Source: an uncultured Bacilli bacterium (GTDB lineage: Bacteria > Bacillota_I > Bacilli_A > RF39 > UBA660). From it: DNA of 41,172 nucleotides. The position numbers and the translations under genes are program-made. Below are positions 1 through 8,240 of the stretch, piece by piece (position 1 is the stretch's first letter; every line of letters begins with the position of its first letter). Below the pieces are notes generated by a model that did not search any database, was not told the origin of the DNA, and worked only from the letters and a program-made list of their open reading frames with translations. Location: NCBI GenBank assembly GCA_944332155.1, contig CALVJM010000001.1:1-41172 (forward strand). Direction: 5' to 3'.

Positions 1-719
1 TTGCCCACTTATATTATGATTTATTAAATCTATATGGTGAAAATGGAAATGTAAAAATCATAAAGCAACAATTAGAAGATCAAGGTATCAAAGTAACCGT
101 TAAATTTTTAACGATTGATGATGAATTAAAATTTAATGATTATGATATCGTATATATCGGTATGGGAACCGAAGAAAATCAACTCACCTGCTTAAAACAT
201 TTACGTAAATATAAAAAAGATATTGAAGAATATTATAATAACAATAAATTCTTTTTGATAACGGGGAATGCTATTGAATTATTTGGCCAAAATATTATAG
301 ATAAAAATGGTAAAAAACATCGTGGTGTTGGCTTATTTAATTATGAAGCTAAACAAGAAGATTTCAAAATTGTAGATGAAGCTTTATTTGAATGTTCTTT
401 CATTAAGAAACCTATTTTAGGATTCCAAAATCAACGTAGTGTTCTTTTAGAAAATGATCATCCACTATTCCGTGTGCTAAAAGGAACCGGAAGTTATCCT
501 AATTCTTCTAGTGAAGGAATTCAAGAAAAGAATTTCTATGGAACGTATTTAGTAGGTCCTTTCTTAATTCGTAATCCTGAATTTACAAGATATTTCTTAA
601 GAAAAGTCATTTCTTCAAAAAATCGTAAATATCCAATTAAAAAATTTAATTTAATTTTAGAAAATAATGCTTATAATGATTTCATGGAAAGGCATTATAA
701 AGACTACTTAAAAAGTTAA
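1..719 (+). CDS. gatD: GatD-like glutamine amidotransferase subunit of lipid II isoglutaminyl synthase (CobB/CobQ-type GATase); 5' end outside window (first full codon at 3)
   Basis: Frame is open from the window edge and continuous with track ORF 162..719. The segments ..LNLYGENGNVKIIKQQLEDQGIKV..YDIVYIGMGTEENQ.. and ..GTYLVGPFLIRNPEF.. follow the GatD layout as I remember it from S. aureus. TAA stop at 717-719. Confidence 0.7.
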   Translation, partial: AHLYYDLLNLYGENGNVKIIKQQLEDQGIKVTVKFLTIDDELKFNDYDIVYIGMGTEENQLTCLKHLRKYKKDIEEYYNNNKFFLITGNAIELFGQNIIDKNGKKHRGVGLFNYEAKQEDFKIVDEALFECSFIKKPILGFQNQRSVLLENDHPLFRVLKGTGSYPNSSSEGIQEKNFYGTYLVGPFLIRNPEFTRYFLRKVISSKNRKYPIKKFNLILENNAYNDFMERHYKDYLKS

Positions 720-751
720 AACGAATGATGATTAGTCACTCGTTTTATTTT
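719..751 (+). terminator. Rho-independent terminator after gatD-like gene
   Basis: Arms aaacgaatga (719-728) and tcactcgttt (736-745) pair 9/10, followed by tatttt. Confidence 0.45.
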
Positions 752-757
752 AAAATA

Positions 758-766
758 TGATATAAT
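758..766 (+). promoter_or_regulatory. Extended -10 element (TGATATAAT) upstream of the sigma factor gene
   Basis: tgatataat at 758-766, about 45 nt before ATG 811. No good -35 is seen, which is compatible with an extended -10 promoter. Confidence 0.4.
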
Positions 767-810
767 ATAGAAAAATCAATAATGATATGATATATTCGGG
801 AGGCATAATT

Positions 811-1527
811 ATGAATGAAAATCAATTATTTGTGAAAAATATAGCTTCAAAACTTTTAACAGAGAAAGAAAGCAACGAACTATTTAAAAGAGTAAAAGAA
901 GGGGATGAACAAGCAAAGGAAAAACTATTTGAACATAACATTAAACTAGTTTTCAATGAAGTATTAAATCGATTTAAAAATATTAATTACGACAAAAAAG
1001 ATTTAGTATCTGTGGGAAATATTGGATTGATGAAGGCTATTACAACCTTTAATCCTGCTAAAAAAATCCAATTTTCTTCTTATGCGGTGAGATGTATCGA
1101 TAACGAAATTTTAATATTTTTAAGGAAAATAAAAAAAGAACAACATCTAATCAGTCTAGATAAGACACATTATTATGATGGTTCTGGTGATGAATTTAAA
1201 ATAATCGATACCATTTGTGATAAAACAGATATAAATAAAGAAATTATGGATAATGTTACTTATCAAATAATCCGAGAAATAATAAATGATTTACCGGATC
1301 GAGATCGAAAAATAATTATACTTTATTTTGGATTTGGTCAAAATGACAAACATTCACAACAAAAAATAGCTAAAATGTTTGATTGTAACTACATTAATAT
1401 TTCAAGAACCATATCTAAGAACTTAAAAAAGATCAGGTATGAATTAGTAAAAAGAAAAATTATAGAACCAAACACAATAATTCAAAAATCAAAAGATTAT
1501 AATCAAAAAGAAAAGATTAAAAAATAA
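811..1527 (+). CDS. Sporulation-type sigma-70 family factor, SigE/SigK class
   Basis: RBS GGGAGG lies 8 nt before ATG 811; track start 787 is an upstream in-frame extension. Region 2 DLVSVGNIGLMKAITTFNPAKKIQFSSYAVRCIDNEILIFLRK parallels remembered B. subtilis SigE [27 protein letters not shown]. Region 4 HTH is QQKIAKMFDCNYINISRTISKNLKKI. Confidence 0.85.
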   Translation: MNENQLFVKNIASKLLTEKESNELFKRVKEGDEQAKEKLFEHNIKLVFNEVLNRFKNINYDKKDLVSVGNIGLMKAITTFNPAKKIQFSSYAVRCIDNEILIFLRKIKKEQHLISLDKTHYYDGSGDEFKIIDTICDKTDINKEIMDNVTYQIIREIINDLPDRDRKIIILYFGFGQNDKHSQQKIAKMFDCNYINISRTISKNLKKIRYELVKRKIIEPNTIIQKSKDYNQKEKIKK

Positions 1528-1534
1528 ATCATTC

Positions 1535-1567
1535 AAAGAAAGTAAATGGTCATCATTTACTTTCTTT
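1535..1567. terminator. Bidirectional terminator between convergent sigma and DJ-1 genes
   Basis: Perfect 14-bp inverted repeat aaagaaagtaaatg (1535-1548) / catttactttcttt (1554-1567) with a 5-nt loop. The 3' arm overlaps the end of the minus-strand CDS. Confidence 0.6.
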
Positions 1568-2110
1568 ATATAACATTCCTCTTTTTATAGGTGTACTATC
1601 TTGACCTAATACTTCTATAATCTTATAGGCAAATGGTAAAACAAGTGCTGGACCTCTACTCGTAATGATGTTTCCATCTACGACAACATCTTCTTCTACA
1701 TAATGAGATTCTGCATCTACAAATAATTTCTTATAATCTTCATCTGGGTAACTTGTGATAGAACGCTTATTTATAATACCTGCTTGGTGTAGAACAATCG
1801 GCGCCGCACAAATCGCACCAATCAACTTCTTTTGTTCATTAAAAGCTTTTACATACTCTATCACCTTTAGATGATTCCTTAAATGATTACTTCCAGGTTG
1901 TCCTCCAGGTAATAATAAGGCATCACTTTCTAAAATATGATCATCTAGTAAAGTATCAGCTTGAACTCTTATGTGATGACTCCCCTTTACCATAAGATCT
2001 CCCGTAGTACTTACCAACTCCACATCAAAATGCGCTCTTCTTAGTACATCCGTTAGAAACAAAGCTTCTCCTTCCTCAAAACCATTCGCAAGCAAAACAA
2101 CAATTTTCAT
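1553..2110 (-). CDS. DJ-1/PfpI (ThiJ) family protein
   Basis: MKIVVLLANGFEEGE.. N-terminus, nucleophile-elbow motif LIGAICAAPIVL, RBS GGAGGGG. It uses a TGA stop. Confidence 0.85.
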   Translation of the reverse strand: MKIVVLLANGFEEGEALFLTDVLRRAHFDVELVSTTGDLMVKGSHHIRVQADTLLDDHILESDALLLPGGQPGSNHLRNHLKVIEYVKAFNEQKKLIGAICAAPIVLHQAGIINKRSITSYPDEDYKKLFVDAESHYVEEDVVVDGNIITSRGPALVLPFAYKIIEVLGQDSTPIKRGMLYKESK

Positions 2111-2133
2111 ATCATCCCCTCCTACTTTTATTA

Positions 2134-2165
2134 TACAACAAAATAGGAAGAAACATCTTCCTATT
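2134..2165 (-). terminator. Rho-independent terminator after pheT
   Basis: On the minus strand AATAGGAAGA-TGTT-TCTTCCTATT (10-bp perfect stem, 2142-2165) is followed by TTTGTTG. The pheT stop lies in the 5' arm. Confidence 0.6.
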
Positions 2166-4545
2166 TATCTCTTAATTTTGCATTACACTTTTTCTCAACA
2201 TTTTCAATAATCTTATGGAAAATCTCTGTTACTTCTTTATCTTCAAGAGTACGATTTTGATCTTGGAAAGTTAAGGCATAAGCAATTGATTTTTCATCGC
2301 TTGCCACATTTTCTCCCTTATATACATCAAAAACAGTAACCTCAGTAAGTAATCTTCCACCTGTTTTCTTAATGACATTCATTAATTCTTCTGATGGTGT
2401 ATCAATATTAACAACAAATGCCACATCTTTATGTACCACTGGATATTTACTAATTTCTTTATATTTAACCATACGAACTTTTTTACTTAATAATTTATCT
2501 AAACTAAGTTCAAAAACATAAAGTTCTTTCTTATGATTTTTAGGATGAACTTGTCCAAGATATCCTACACACTCATTATCTACATACACGGAACAACTTC
2601 TACCAGGGTGAAGATCTTTATTTAAATCGTTGGTTCTAAATTGATAACGACGATTTAATCCTAAATAATTTAAGAAGCCTTCTACAATTCCTTTTACTAG
2701 ATAGAAATCAGAGACCATAGCGTCTTGTTTCCATGATGTAGAAAGATAAGTTCCACTAAGTAATCCCGTAACTAAATTTTCTTCAATCATCTCATCTTCA
2801 ATTTGATAATAAGCTTTTCCACATTCAAAGATTTGAAGATCATCCATATGACGAGAATGATGATAATCATAAACATCAATTAATGATTGAATCATCGATT
2901 TACGAAGTACTCGTCTTTCTTCACTAAGAGGATTTAATAAAACAATATTATCTCCCTTATTCATAACATATTTATCGACTAAATCTAAACTTGTTAAAGA
3001 ATAAGTAATGACTTGATTAAGACCTACACCATTCATATATTTACGTGTGTTCTTAATCATTTTAGACATTGGTAAATAAGTACCTGGTTTTTCTTCTACA
3101 ACTGGTAATTTACCAATCACTTTGTGATAACCATAAATCTTACCAATTTCAGAGATTAAATCTTCTTTAATATTAACATCTAATCGACGTGTTGGAATGG
3201 ATACAACATAAGGATCATTTCCTTCAAAGGTAAATCCTAAACGAAGTAAACTTTCTTCTACTTTATCTTTTGGAATGTCCATTCCAAGTACTTGATTAAT
3301 CTTCTCTAAGGTAATCGAAATCTTCTTATCTTCTTTACTTGTCGTATCATGGACTAAACATCCACTTAATACTTCTCCACCAGCATATTTATTTAACAAG
3401 TAACAAGCTCGATCAATCGCCATACGGGTACGATTGGGATCAATTCCTTTTTCATATCGACTACTTGCTTCACTACGTAAAATATGTCTTGCAGTATTAC
3501 GAATCTTTAAAGCATCAAAGATAGCAGCTTCAATAAAGATATTTTTCGTATTCTCTTCTACTTCTGTATTTAAACCACCCATGACTCCAGCCAAACATAC
3601 AGCTTCATTTTTATTCGCAATCACTAAGTCATCAGGTCCTAGAACACGTTTGTTTCCATCTAATGTCGTCATTTCTTCCATTTCTTTCGCATTACGAACA
3701 ATAACATCACGTCCTAAAGCATCACTATCAAAGAAGTGAAGTGGTTGTCCATACTCTAACATAACATAGTTACTAATATCTACTACATTATTAATCGAAC
3801 GAATTCCACTCGCCATTAATCGATTCTTAAGCCACATTGGACTTTCTTTAATTTGTACATTACGAACCATACGTCCTAAATAAATTGGACAATCTTTCGT
3901 TTCTACACTTAATGTATGAACCTCACTGACATCTTCTGAAATCGTTTCTACTTCCGTTTCTGGATAAGTTACTTTACGATCATAAATCGCCCCTACTTCA
4001 TAAGCCATTCCTAACATACTCATTAAGTCCGCACGATCAGCAGTTAGTTCAAAATCAATCACTTCATCATCGTATCCTAGATAATGAATCGCATCCTCAC
4101 CGACTGGTGCGTCTAAAGGTAATTCATGAATTCCTTCTTTATCTTCTGGTCTTAAATATTTCGAATCAAGTCCTAACTCTTCTAAAGAACAAATCATCCC
4201 ATTCGATTCTAATCCAGCAAGTTTGGCTTTTTTAATCGTAATATTTCCAGGTAATACAGCTCCTACTTCTGCAACAATAACTTTTAATCCGGCACGAACA
4301 TTAGGTGCACCGCAAATAATTTGTTTTGTTTCTTTTCCCGTATTTACTTGACAAATGTGCAAATGATCACTTTCAGGATGATCGACACATTCTACAACTT
4401 CACCAATCACTAATCCAGTTGCGTCACTTAATCGTTCAATACTTTCGTATTCATTTCCACAGAAAACCATTTTTTCTGCCAGTTCGTGAAAATCTAAGTC
4501 ATCTACTTTTACATAATCATTTAAGAAATTCTTACTAACACGCAT
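2161..4545 (-). CDS. pheT: Phenylalanine--tRNA ligase beta subunit
   Basis: 794 aa with an N-terminal tRNA-binding domain (GLVIGEVVECVDHPESDHLHICQVN), then B3/4-B5 and a C-terminal FDX-ACB region. It overlaps the pheS stop by 1 nt. Confidence 0.97.
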   Translation of the reverse strand: MRVSKNFLNDYVKVDDLDFHELAEKMVFCGNEYESIERLSDATGLVIGEVVECVDHPESDHLHICQVNTGKETKQIICGAPNVRAGLKVIVAEVGAVLPGNITIKKAKLAGLESNGMICSLEELGLDSKYLRPEDKEGIHELPLDAPVGEDAIHYLGYDDEVIDFELTADRADLMSMLGMAYEVGAIYDRKVTYPETEVETISEDVSEVHTLSVETKDCPIYLGRMVRNVQIKESPMWLKNRLMASGIRSINNVVDISNYVMLEYGQPLHFFDSDALGRDVIVRNAKEMEEMTTLDGNKRVLGPDDLVIANKNEAVCLAGVMGGLNTEVEENTKNIFIEAAIFDALKIRNTARHILRSEASSRYEKGIDPNRTRMAIDRACYLLNKYAGGEVLSGCLVHDTTSKEDKKISITLEKINQVLGMDIPKDKVEESLLRLGFTFEGNDPYVVSIPTRRLDVNIKEDLISEIGKIYGYHKVIGKLPVVEEKPGTYLPMSKMIKNTRKYMNGVGLNQVITYSLTSLDLVDKYVMNKGDNIVLLNPLSEERRVLRKSMIQSLIDVYDYHHSRHMDDLQIFECGKAYYQIEDEMIEENLVTGLLSGTYLSTSWKQDAMVSDFYLVKGIVEGFLNYLGLNRRYQFRTNDLNKDLHPGRSCSVYVDNECVGYLGQVHPKNHKKELYVFELSLDKLLSKKVRMVKYKEISKYPVVHKDVAFVVNIDTPSEELMNVIKKTGGRLLTEVTVFDVYKGENVASDEKSIAYALTFQDQNRTLEDKEVTEIFHKIIENVEKKCNAKLRDK

Positions 4546-5594
4546 TACTCTTCACTCCCTTTCACACGATTAAAATCTTCTAAGAATCGTTTATCATTGG
4601 TATAAAATGCACGAATATCACTGATTCCATACTTTAACATAGCGACACGTTCTGGCCCAATACCAAAAGCAAATCCTGTATATTTTTCTGGATCATATCC
4701 ACAAGCACGTAAAACATTAGGGTGAACCATACCAGAACCTAGGATTTCAATCCATCCTGTACCTTTACAAACGGAACATCCTTTTCCTCCACACTTCATA
4801 CAACTAACATCCACTTCTAAAGATGGTTCCGTAAATGGGAAGAAACTAGGACGCAAACGAATCTCACGATCTTCACCAAACACCTTACGTGCGAATACTT
4901 CTAACGTACCTTTTAAATCGGCTAGAGAAATATCTTTATCAATCACTAAACCTTCAATTTGGGTAAATTGATGAGAATGAGTCGCATCATCATCATCTCT
5001 TCGATATACTTTTCCAGGACAAATTACACGAATTGGTGTTTTTTCCGTATTCGCATCCATCGTACGTGCTTGAACCGGAGAGGTTTGAGTACGAAGTAAT
5101 AGTTCTTCTGTAATATAGAAACTATCTTGAGCATCACGCGCCGGATGTCCTTTTGGTAAATTTAACTTTTCAAAGTTATATAAATCTGTTTCCACTTCTG
5201 GACCTTCTACTACATCATATCCCATCGATACAAATAACTCTTCAATCTCATCAATAACTTGCGTAAGAGGATGAACACTACCAAAATGAACACTCGTACT
5301 TGGAAGCGTCACATCAATCTTTTCTTTTTCTAAACGACGATTTAATTCTTCTTCCTCTAAACGAATACGAACTTCTTCCATCATCAAGTTCACTTCTTGT
5401 TTTAACTTATTTAAAGCCGAACCAAATTCTCTTTTCTCCTCTACACTCAAATCTTTCATCATACTAGAAAGAGCACTAATAGGACCTTTCTTTCCTAGAT
5501 AGAATGTTTTTACTTCATTTAACTCTTTCATCGTAGAAACACTTTTTAATTTTTGTTCTACTTCTTGTTTTAAACTATTTATTTTTTCATTCAT
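4545..5594 (-). CDS. pheS: Phenylalanine--tRNA ligase alpha subunit
   Basis: 349 aa with class II motifs (HPLTQ..., FRxE-like [40 protein letters not shown]). RBS AAAGGAGGAG. Confidence 0.97.
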   Translation of the reverse strand: MNEKINSLKQEVEQKLKSVSTMKELNEVKTFYLGKKGPISALSSMMKDLSVEEKREFGSALNKLKQEVNLMMEEVRIRLEEEELNRRLEKEKIDVTLPSTSVHFGSVHPLTQVIDEIEELFVSMGYDVVEGPEVETDLYNFEKLNLPKGHPARDAQDSFYITEELLLRTQTSPVQARTMDANTEKTPIRVICPGKVYRRDDDDATHSHQFTQIEGLVIDKDISLADLKGTLEVFARKVFGEDREIRLRPSFFPFTEPSLEVDVSCMKCGGKGCSVCKGTGWIEILGSGMVHPNVLRACGYDPEKYTGFAFGIGPERVAMLKYGISDIRAFYTNDKRFLEDFNRVKGSEE

Positions 5595-5614
5595 ATTTTT
5601 CTCCTCCTTTAATT

Positions 5615-6235
5615 CTATTTCTTAATCATTCTTTTTTCCACTTCTTCTGGTAAAAAGGAAACATAAAGCCTATTTTTCTTAGCTATTTGTAAGTCTTGTT
5701 CTGTATACTTCAATAATTCAATATCTTTTTCAGAATATCGTCCATAATTATTCTTATTCCAATCTAGAAGATGAAAGTATTGATTTATGATTGTGCGAAA
5801 AGACTCAATTCCAAGCAATTGTTCTTTTTCCGTAAAGGCTTCATTCATTTTTTCCGGATAGAATTGTCCCCATTTATAATCACTAATCAAACGCATCAAA
5901 TCATCTAAATCTATATAATGCGATTGCATCATATCTTTTAAAACAGTAACCAAAAATGGTTCCTTTTTTACTAAAACTTTATAAGTTGTCCCCTTAGATT
6001 CTGTATTATTTACAATCTTTTCTATCTTGTGAACATGTAATTTTCCTTTTACATCAATCTCTTTATACAACCTAAAATAATCTTGTTTTTTAAAATAATC
6101 TTTTACCATATAATCCTTCTCATAAAATTCCTGAAGTTCCTTCTCTAAAAAAGATAAATATGTGTTTGCCTCCTTAGTTGGAGATACTTCATAAATATAA
6201 AGTTCTTGATTTATTATAACTGGTAACTTTGTCAC
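5615..6235 (-). CDS. Hypothetical protein (paralog B of the ELYIYE pair), unknown function
   Basis: 206 aa with a GTG start. The N-terminus [22 protein letters not shown] mirrors ORF A, MKRFPFIKDDELYIYELQETKE. It lies 20 nt upstream of pheS with no terminator between them. Confidence 0.7.
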   Translation of the reverse strand: MTKLPVIINQELYIYEVSPTKEANTYLSFLEKELQEFYEKDYMVKDYFKKQDYFRLYKEIDVKGKLHVHKIEKIVNNTESKGTTYKVLVKKEPFLVTVLKDMMQSHYIDLDDLMRLISDYKWGQFYPEKMNEAFTEKEQLLGIESFRTIINQYFHLLDWNKNNYGRYSEKDIELLKYTEQDLQIAKKNRLYVSFLPEEVEKRMIKK

Positions 6236-6244
6236 AATCTCTAC

Positions 6245-6436
6245 CTACTTTCTTAATATTTTGAATTGTTCTCTATTTTGATTTAACATACGATTAAAGG
6301 AATCTGTATTTTCTTCAGCAATTTTCAAATCATCTTCATAAAAATCTAAAAATTTTATACCATTTTTTGTTTTCTTCCATACTTTATAAGGAAATAAGTA
6401 TTGTAGTAATTGTTCTTGTAACTCTACTTCTTTAAG
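6245..6436 (-). pseudogene. In-frame continuation (63 codons) after the TAA stop of ORF A; probable severed C-terminal part
   Basis: Directly after TAA (6437-6439) the same frame stays open: LKEVELQEQLLQYLFPYKVWKKTKNGIKFLDFYEDDLKIAEENTDSFNRMLNQNREQFKILRK, then TAG at 6245-6247. There is no start codon or RBS at its 5' end (only one internal ATG, 14 codons before the stop). YEDDLKIAEEN resembles [11 protein letters not shown] in the C-terminus of paralog B. Confidence 0.4.
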
Positions 6437-6931
6437 TTATGATTCTTGAACAACATATTTGTGATGTCTAAAAAATTCACTGCCTGGATGAAGAGGAAAA
6501 GTTCCTTCATTAAAAAGTTTTAATTCAAATTCTATCTTATCTCCATAAAATCTATCATCTTTCCATGTTGCGGAAGATAAATAATGAGTTATAAAAGCAA
6601 TAACATACTCTTCATGACGTTTTTTTAATTCTTCAACTACTTGATCTAATGGAATGGTACCACTCTCTATTATAGAATGTAATATAGATGGATAATACAT
6701 AACATTAAACTTATTCTCGTTCTGAAATATTTTCAACGTGCATGATGGATCAACTATATCAGCATATTTTTGATAAAAACAATTAAAAGCAGAAATTGCT
6801 TCTTCTTTATCATCTGTCGTTAAAAAAGTATAGTAGTAAAAAATTTCATACAACCATTTTTGCGATTCTTTTGTCTCTTGTAATTCATAAATATATAATT
6901 CATCATCTTTTATAAAAGGAAATCGTTTCAC
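6437..6931 (-). CDS. Hypothetical protein (paralog A of the ELYIYE pair), possibly truncated
   Basis: RBS AGGAGG lies 7 nt before GTG at 6931; track start 6964 is a TTG inside the T-box terminator tail. It shares its N-terminal motif with ORF 5615..6235. Confidence 0.65.
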   Translation of the reverse strand: MKRFPFIKDDELYIYELQETKESQKWLYEIFYYYTFLTTDDKEEAISAFNCFYQKYADIVDPSCTLKIFQNENKFNVMYYPSILHSIIESGTIPLDQVVEELKKRHEEYVIAFITHYLSSATWKDDRFYGDKIEFELKLFNEGTFPLHPGSEFFRHHKYVVQES

Positions 6932-6964
6932 TTTATAACCTCCTAAACAAAAAAACACTTCCAA

Positions 6965-7180
6965 TAAAATAAAAACTCACATCCAATAAGGACGTGAGTT
7001 ACGTGGTACCACCTTAATTCATAATACAATGTATTATCTTGACACTATAACGCGTGACCGTACTATATTAGTAAGCTCCAAGGTGAATTCCTAAGGGATC
7101 CATTGTCTATTTCCACCAACCATAGACTCTCTATAAACTTCTCCACAAAGTACTACTTCTCTTCTTCGCTTTTAAGTTAA
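6965..7180 (-). promoter_or_regulatory. T-box riboswitch leader, Phe (UUC) specifier
   Basis: Minus strand reads AGCGAAGAAGAGAAGUAGUAC (stem I base, GA motif), AGAGAG and GGUGGAAA distal motifs, and specifier context GGAAUUCACC (UUC at 7085-7087). The T-box sequence AAUUAAGGUGGUACCACG is at 7001-7019, with UGGU matching an ACCA tRNA end. The terminator AACUCACGUCC-UUAUU-GGAUGUGAGUU (6974-7000) is followed by a U-run. Confidence 0.9.
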
Positions 7181-7187
7181 TAATTAG

Positions 7188-7215
7188 ATTATATCATGAA
7201 TTTTAAAAATATCAA
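7188..7215 (-). promoter_or_regulatory. SigA-type promoter for the T-box/pheST unit
   Basis: TTGATA (7210-7215), 16 nt spacer, TATAAT (7188-7193), with an upstream TG (TGATATAAT). Confidence 0.55.
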
Positions 7216-7220
7216 GTATT

Positions 7221-7574
7221 TTACGATTCAATCACTTTATAAACATAACTTTCATTATTATTTTTGATCATTATTTGTAAACTTCCATCGAATGGTCTTT
7301 GTGTTTTTGGATTTTCTAAATCCTTACTAATATAATTTCCATCCTGTAAATCTTGTAAAGTTAAAATATAAGTATCTCCATTATCAGGTAACGCTCCTAT
7401 ATGATCAGCAGCCCAGTTTTTCGCAGCTTCTTCTATGTTCTTCACTTGAACATCGTAAGACTGTTCACGAGAACGATTTAAATTACCATTAACAGCTGGA
7501 ATAATCACCAAAGAAATTGCGGCCAAAACGACAATAACTGCGAGTAATTCTACCAGTGTAAATCCTTTTTTCAT
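7221..7574 (-). CDS. Prepilin-type N-terminal cleavage/methylation domain protein (type IV pilin / pseudopilin-like)
   Basis: RBS GGAGG lies 10 nt before ATG 7574; track start 7601 is an extension. The N-terminus is MKKG|FTLVELLAVIVVLAAISLV. Head motif LQDLQDGNYISKDLENPKT. Confidence 0.85.
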   Translation of the reverse strand: MKKGFTLVELLAVIVVLAAISLVIIPAVNGNLNRSREQSYDVQVKNIEEAAKNWAADHIGALPDNGDTYILTLQDLQDGNYISKDLENPKTQRPFDGSLQIMIKNNNESYVYKVIES

Positions 7575-7978
7575 TATGATCCAACCTCCAATTTTATACA
7601 AGAAAACGTTGTTGTAGGACCGATTTCTCCCCCTTCAAAACGACTATTACCTGTATATTTTAAACGAACAGAAGTTTTTGCCAAATTATAGTTTTTACCA
7701 GTTTCAGCATTCTTAACAGGTTCATTTAATAATCCTTCATCTACTAATTGTTCTAAAGTCACACAATAATATTGTTGGCCATTTGTTTCACTAAGATCGG
7801 CATAATCTAATATATAATTTTCAGCAGCATCAATAATCAATAAAGTATTAGAGTCATTAATTTCACCTCTGGCATCTGTTACCTGATTAATAATCGCTGG
7901 AAAAGCAATAACCGCAAGAATTCCAAGTATAACAATAACACCTAATAATTCTACTAATGTAAATCCTCTATATTTCAT
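7574..7978 (-). CDS. Prepilin-type N-terminal cleavage/methylation domain protein (type IV pilin / pseudopilin-like)
   Basis: MKYRG|FTLVELLGVIVILGILAVIAFPAI; head motif LEQLVDEGLLNEPVKNAETG. Its stop overlaps the next pilin start (TAATG). Confidence 0.85.
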   Translation of the reverse strand: MKYRGFTLVELLGVIVILGILAVIAFPAIINQVTDARGEINDSNTLLIIDAAENYILDYADLSETNGQQYYCVTLEQLVDEGLLNEPVKNAETGKNYNLAKTSVRLKYTGNSRFEGGEIGPTTTFSCIKLEVGS

Positions 7979-7995
7979 AGTATCACCTATTATTA

Positions 7996-8024
7996 ATTAT
8001 AACTTTCAAATAAACTTTTGTAAA
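7996..8024 (-). promoter_or_regulatory. SigA-type promoter for the pilin pair
   Basis: TTTACA (8019-8024), 17 nt spacer, TATAAT (7996-8001). Confidence 0.5.
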
Positions 8025-8050
8025 GAAAAAAACTGCTTATTCAGCAGCTT
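8024..8050 (-). terminator. Terminator after rpmF
   Basis: Minus strand AAGCUGCU-GAAUA-AGCAG followed by UUUUUUUC. The rpmF TAA stop sits in the loop. Confidence 0.5.
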
Positions 8051-8225
8051 CTGTTTTACTAACAACTTCTTTTCCATCGTAAAATCCACATTCTTTACAA
8101 ACTCTGTGTGGGCGAATTGTCGCACCACAGTTTGGACATTTTACTGTTCCAGCAGCAGAAATTTTGTAGTGAGTTCTACGTTTTCTTTTTCTTGTTTTAC
8201 TAATTTTTCTAAATGGTACAGCCAT
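8037..8225 (-). CDS. rpmF: 50S ribosomal protein L32
   Basis: [21 protein letters not shown].. with a CPNCG..CKECG zinc ribbon. RBS AGAGGTG lies before ATG 8225; track start 8231 is a GTG extension. Confidence 0.95.
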   Translation of the reverse strand: MAVPFRKISKTRKRKRRTHYKISAAGTVKCPNCGATIRPHRVCKECGFYDGKEVVSKTEAAE

Positions 8226-8240
8226 GTTCACACCTCTTTC

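Noticed and set aside
3339-4538. Track ORFs 3339..3524, 3434..3739 and 4326..4538 on the plus strand
   Set aside because: They are antisense shadows inside the well-supported pheT gene. They have low-complexity Leu/Ser/Phe/Ile-rich translations, no RBS and no recognisable motifs.
6437-6439. Alternative genetic code as an explanation for the in-frame TAA
   Set aside because: TAA, TAG and TGA all terminate well-supported genes in this window: TGA ends the DJ-1 gene at 1553-1555, TAG ends pheT and sigF, and TAA ends many others. Standard code 11 fits, and one internal TAA is better explained by mutation, error or readthrough.
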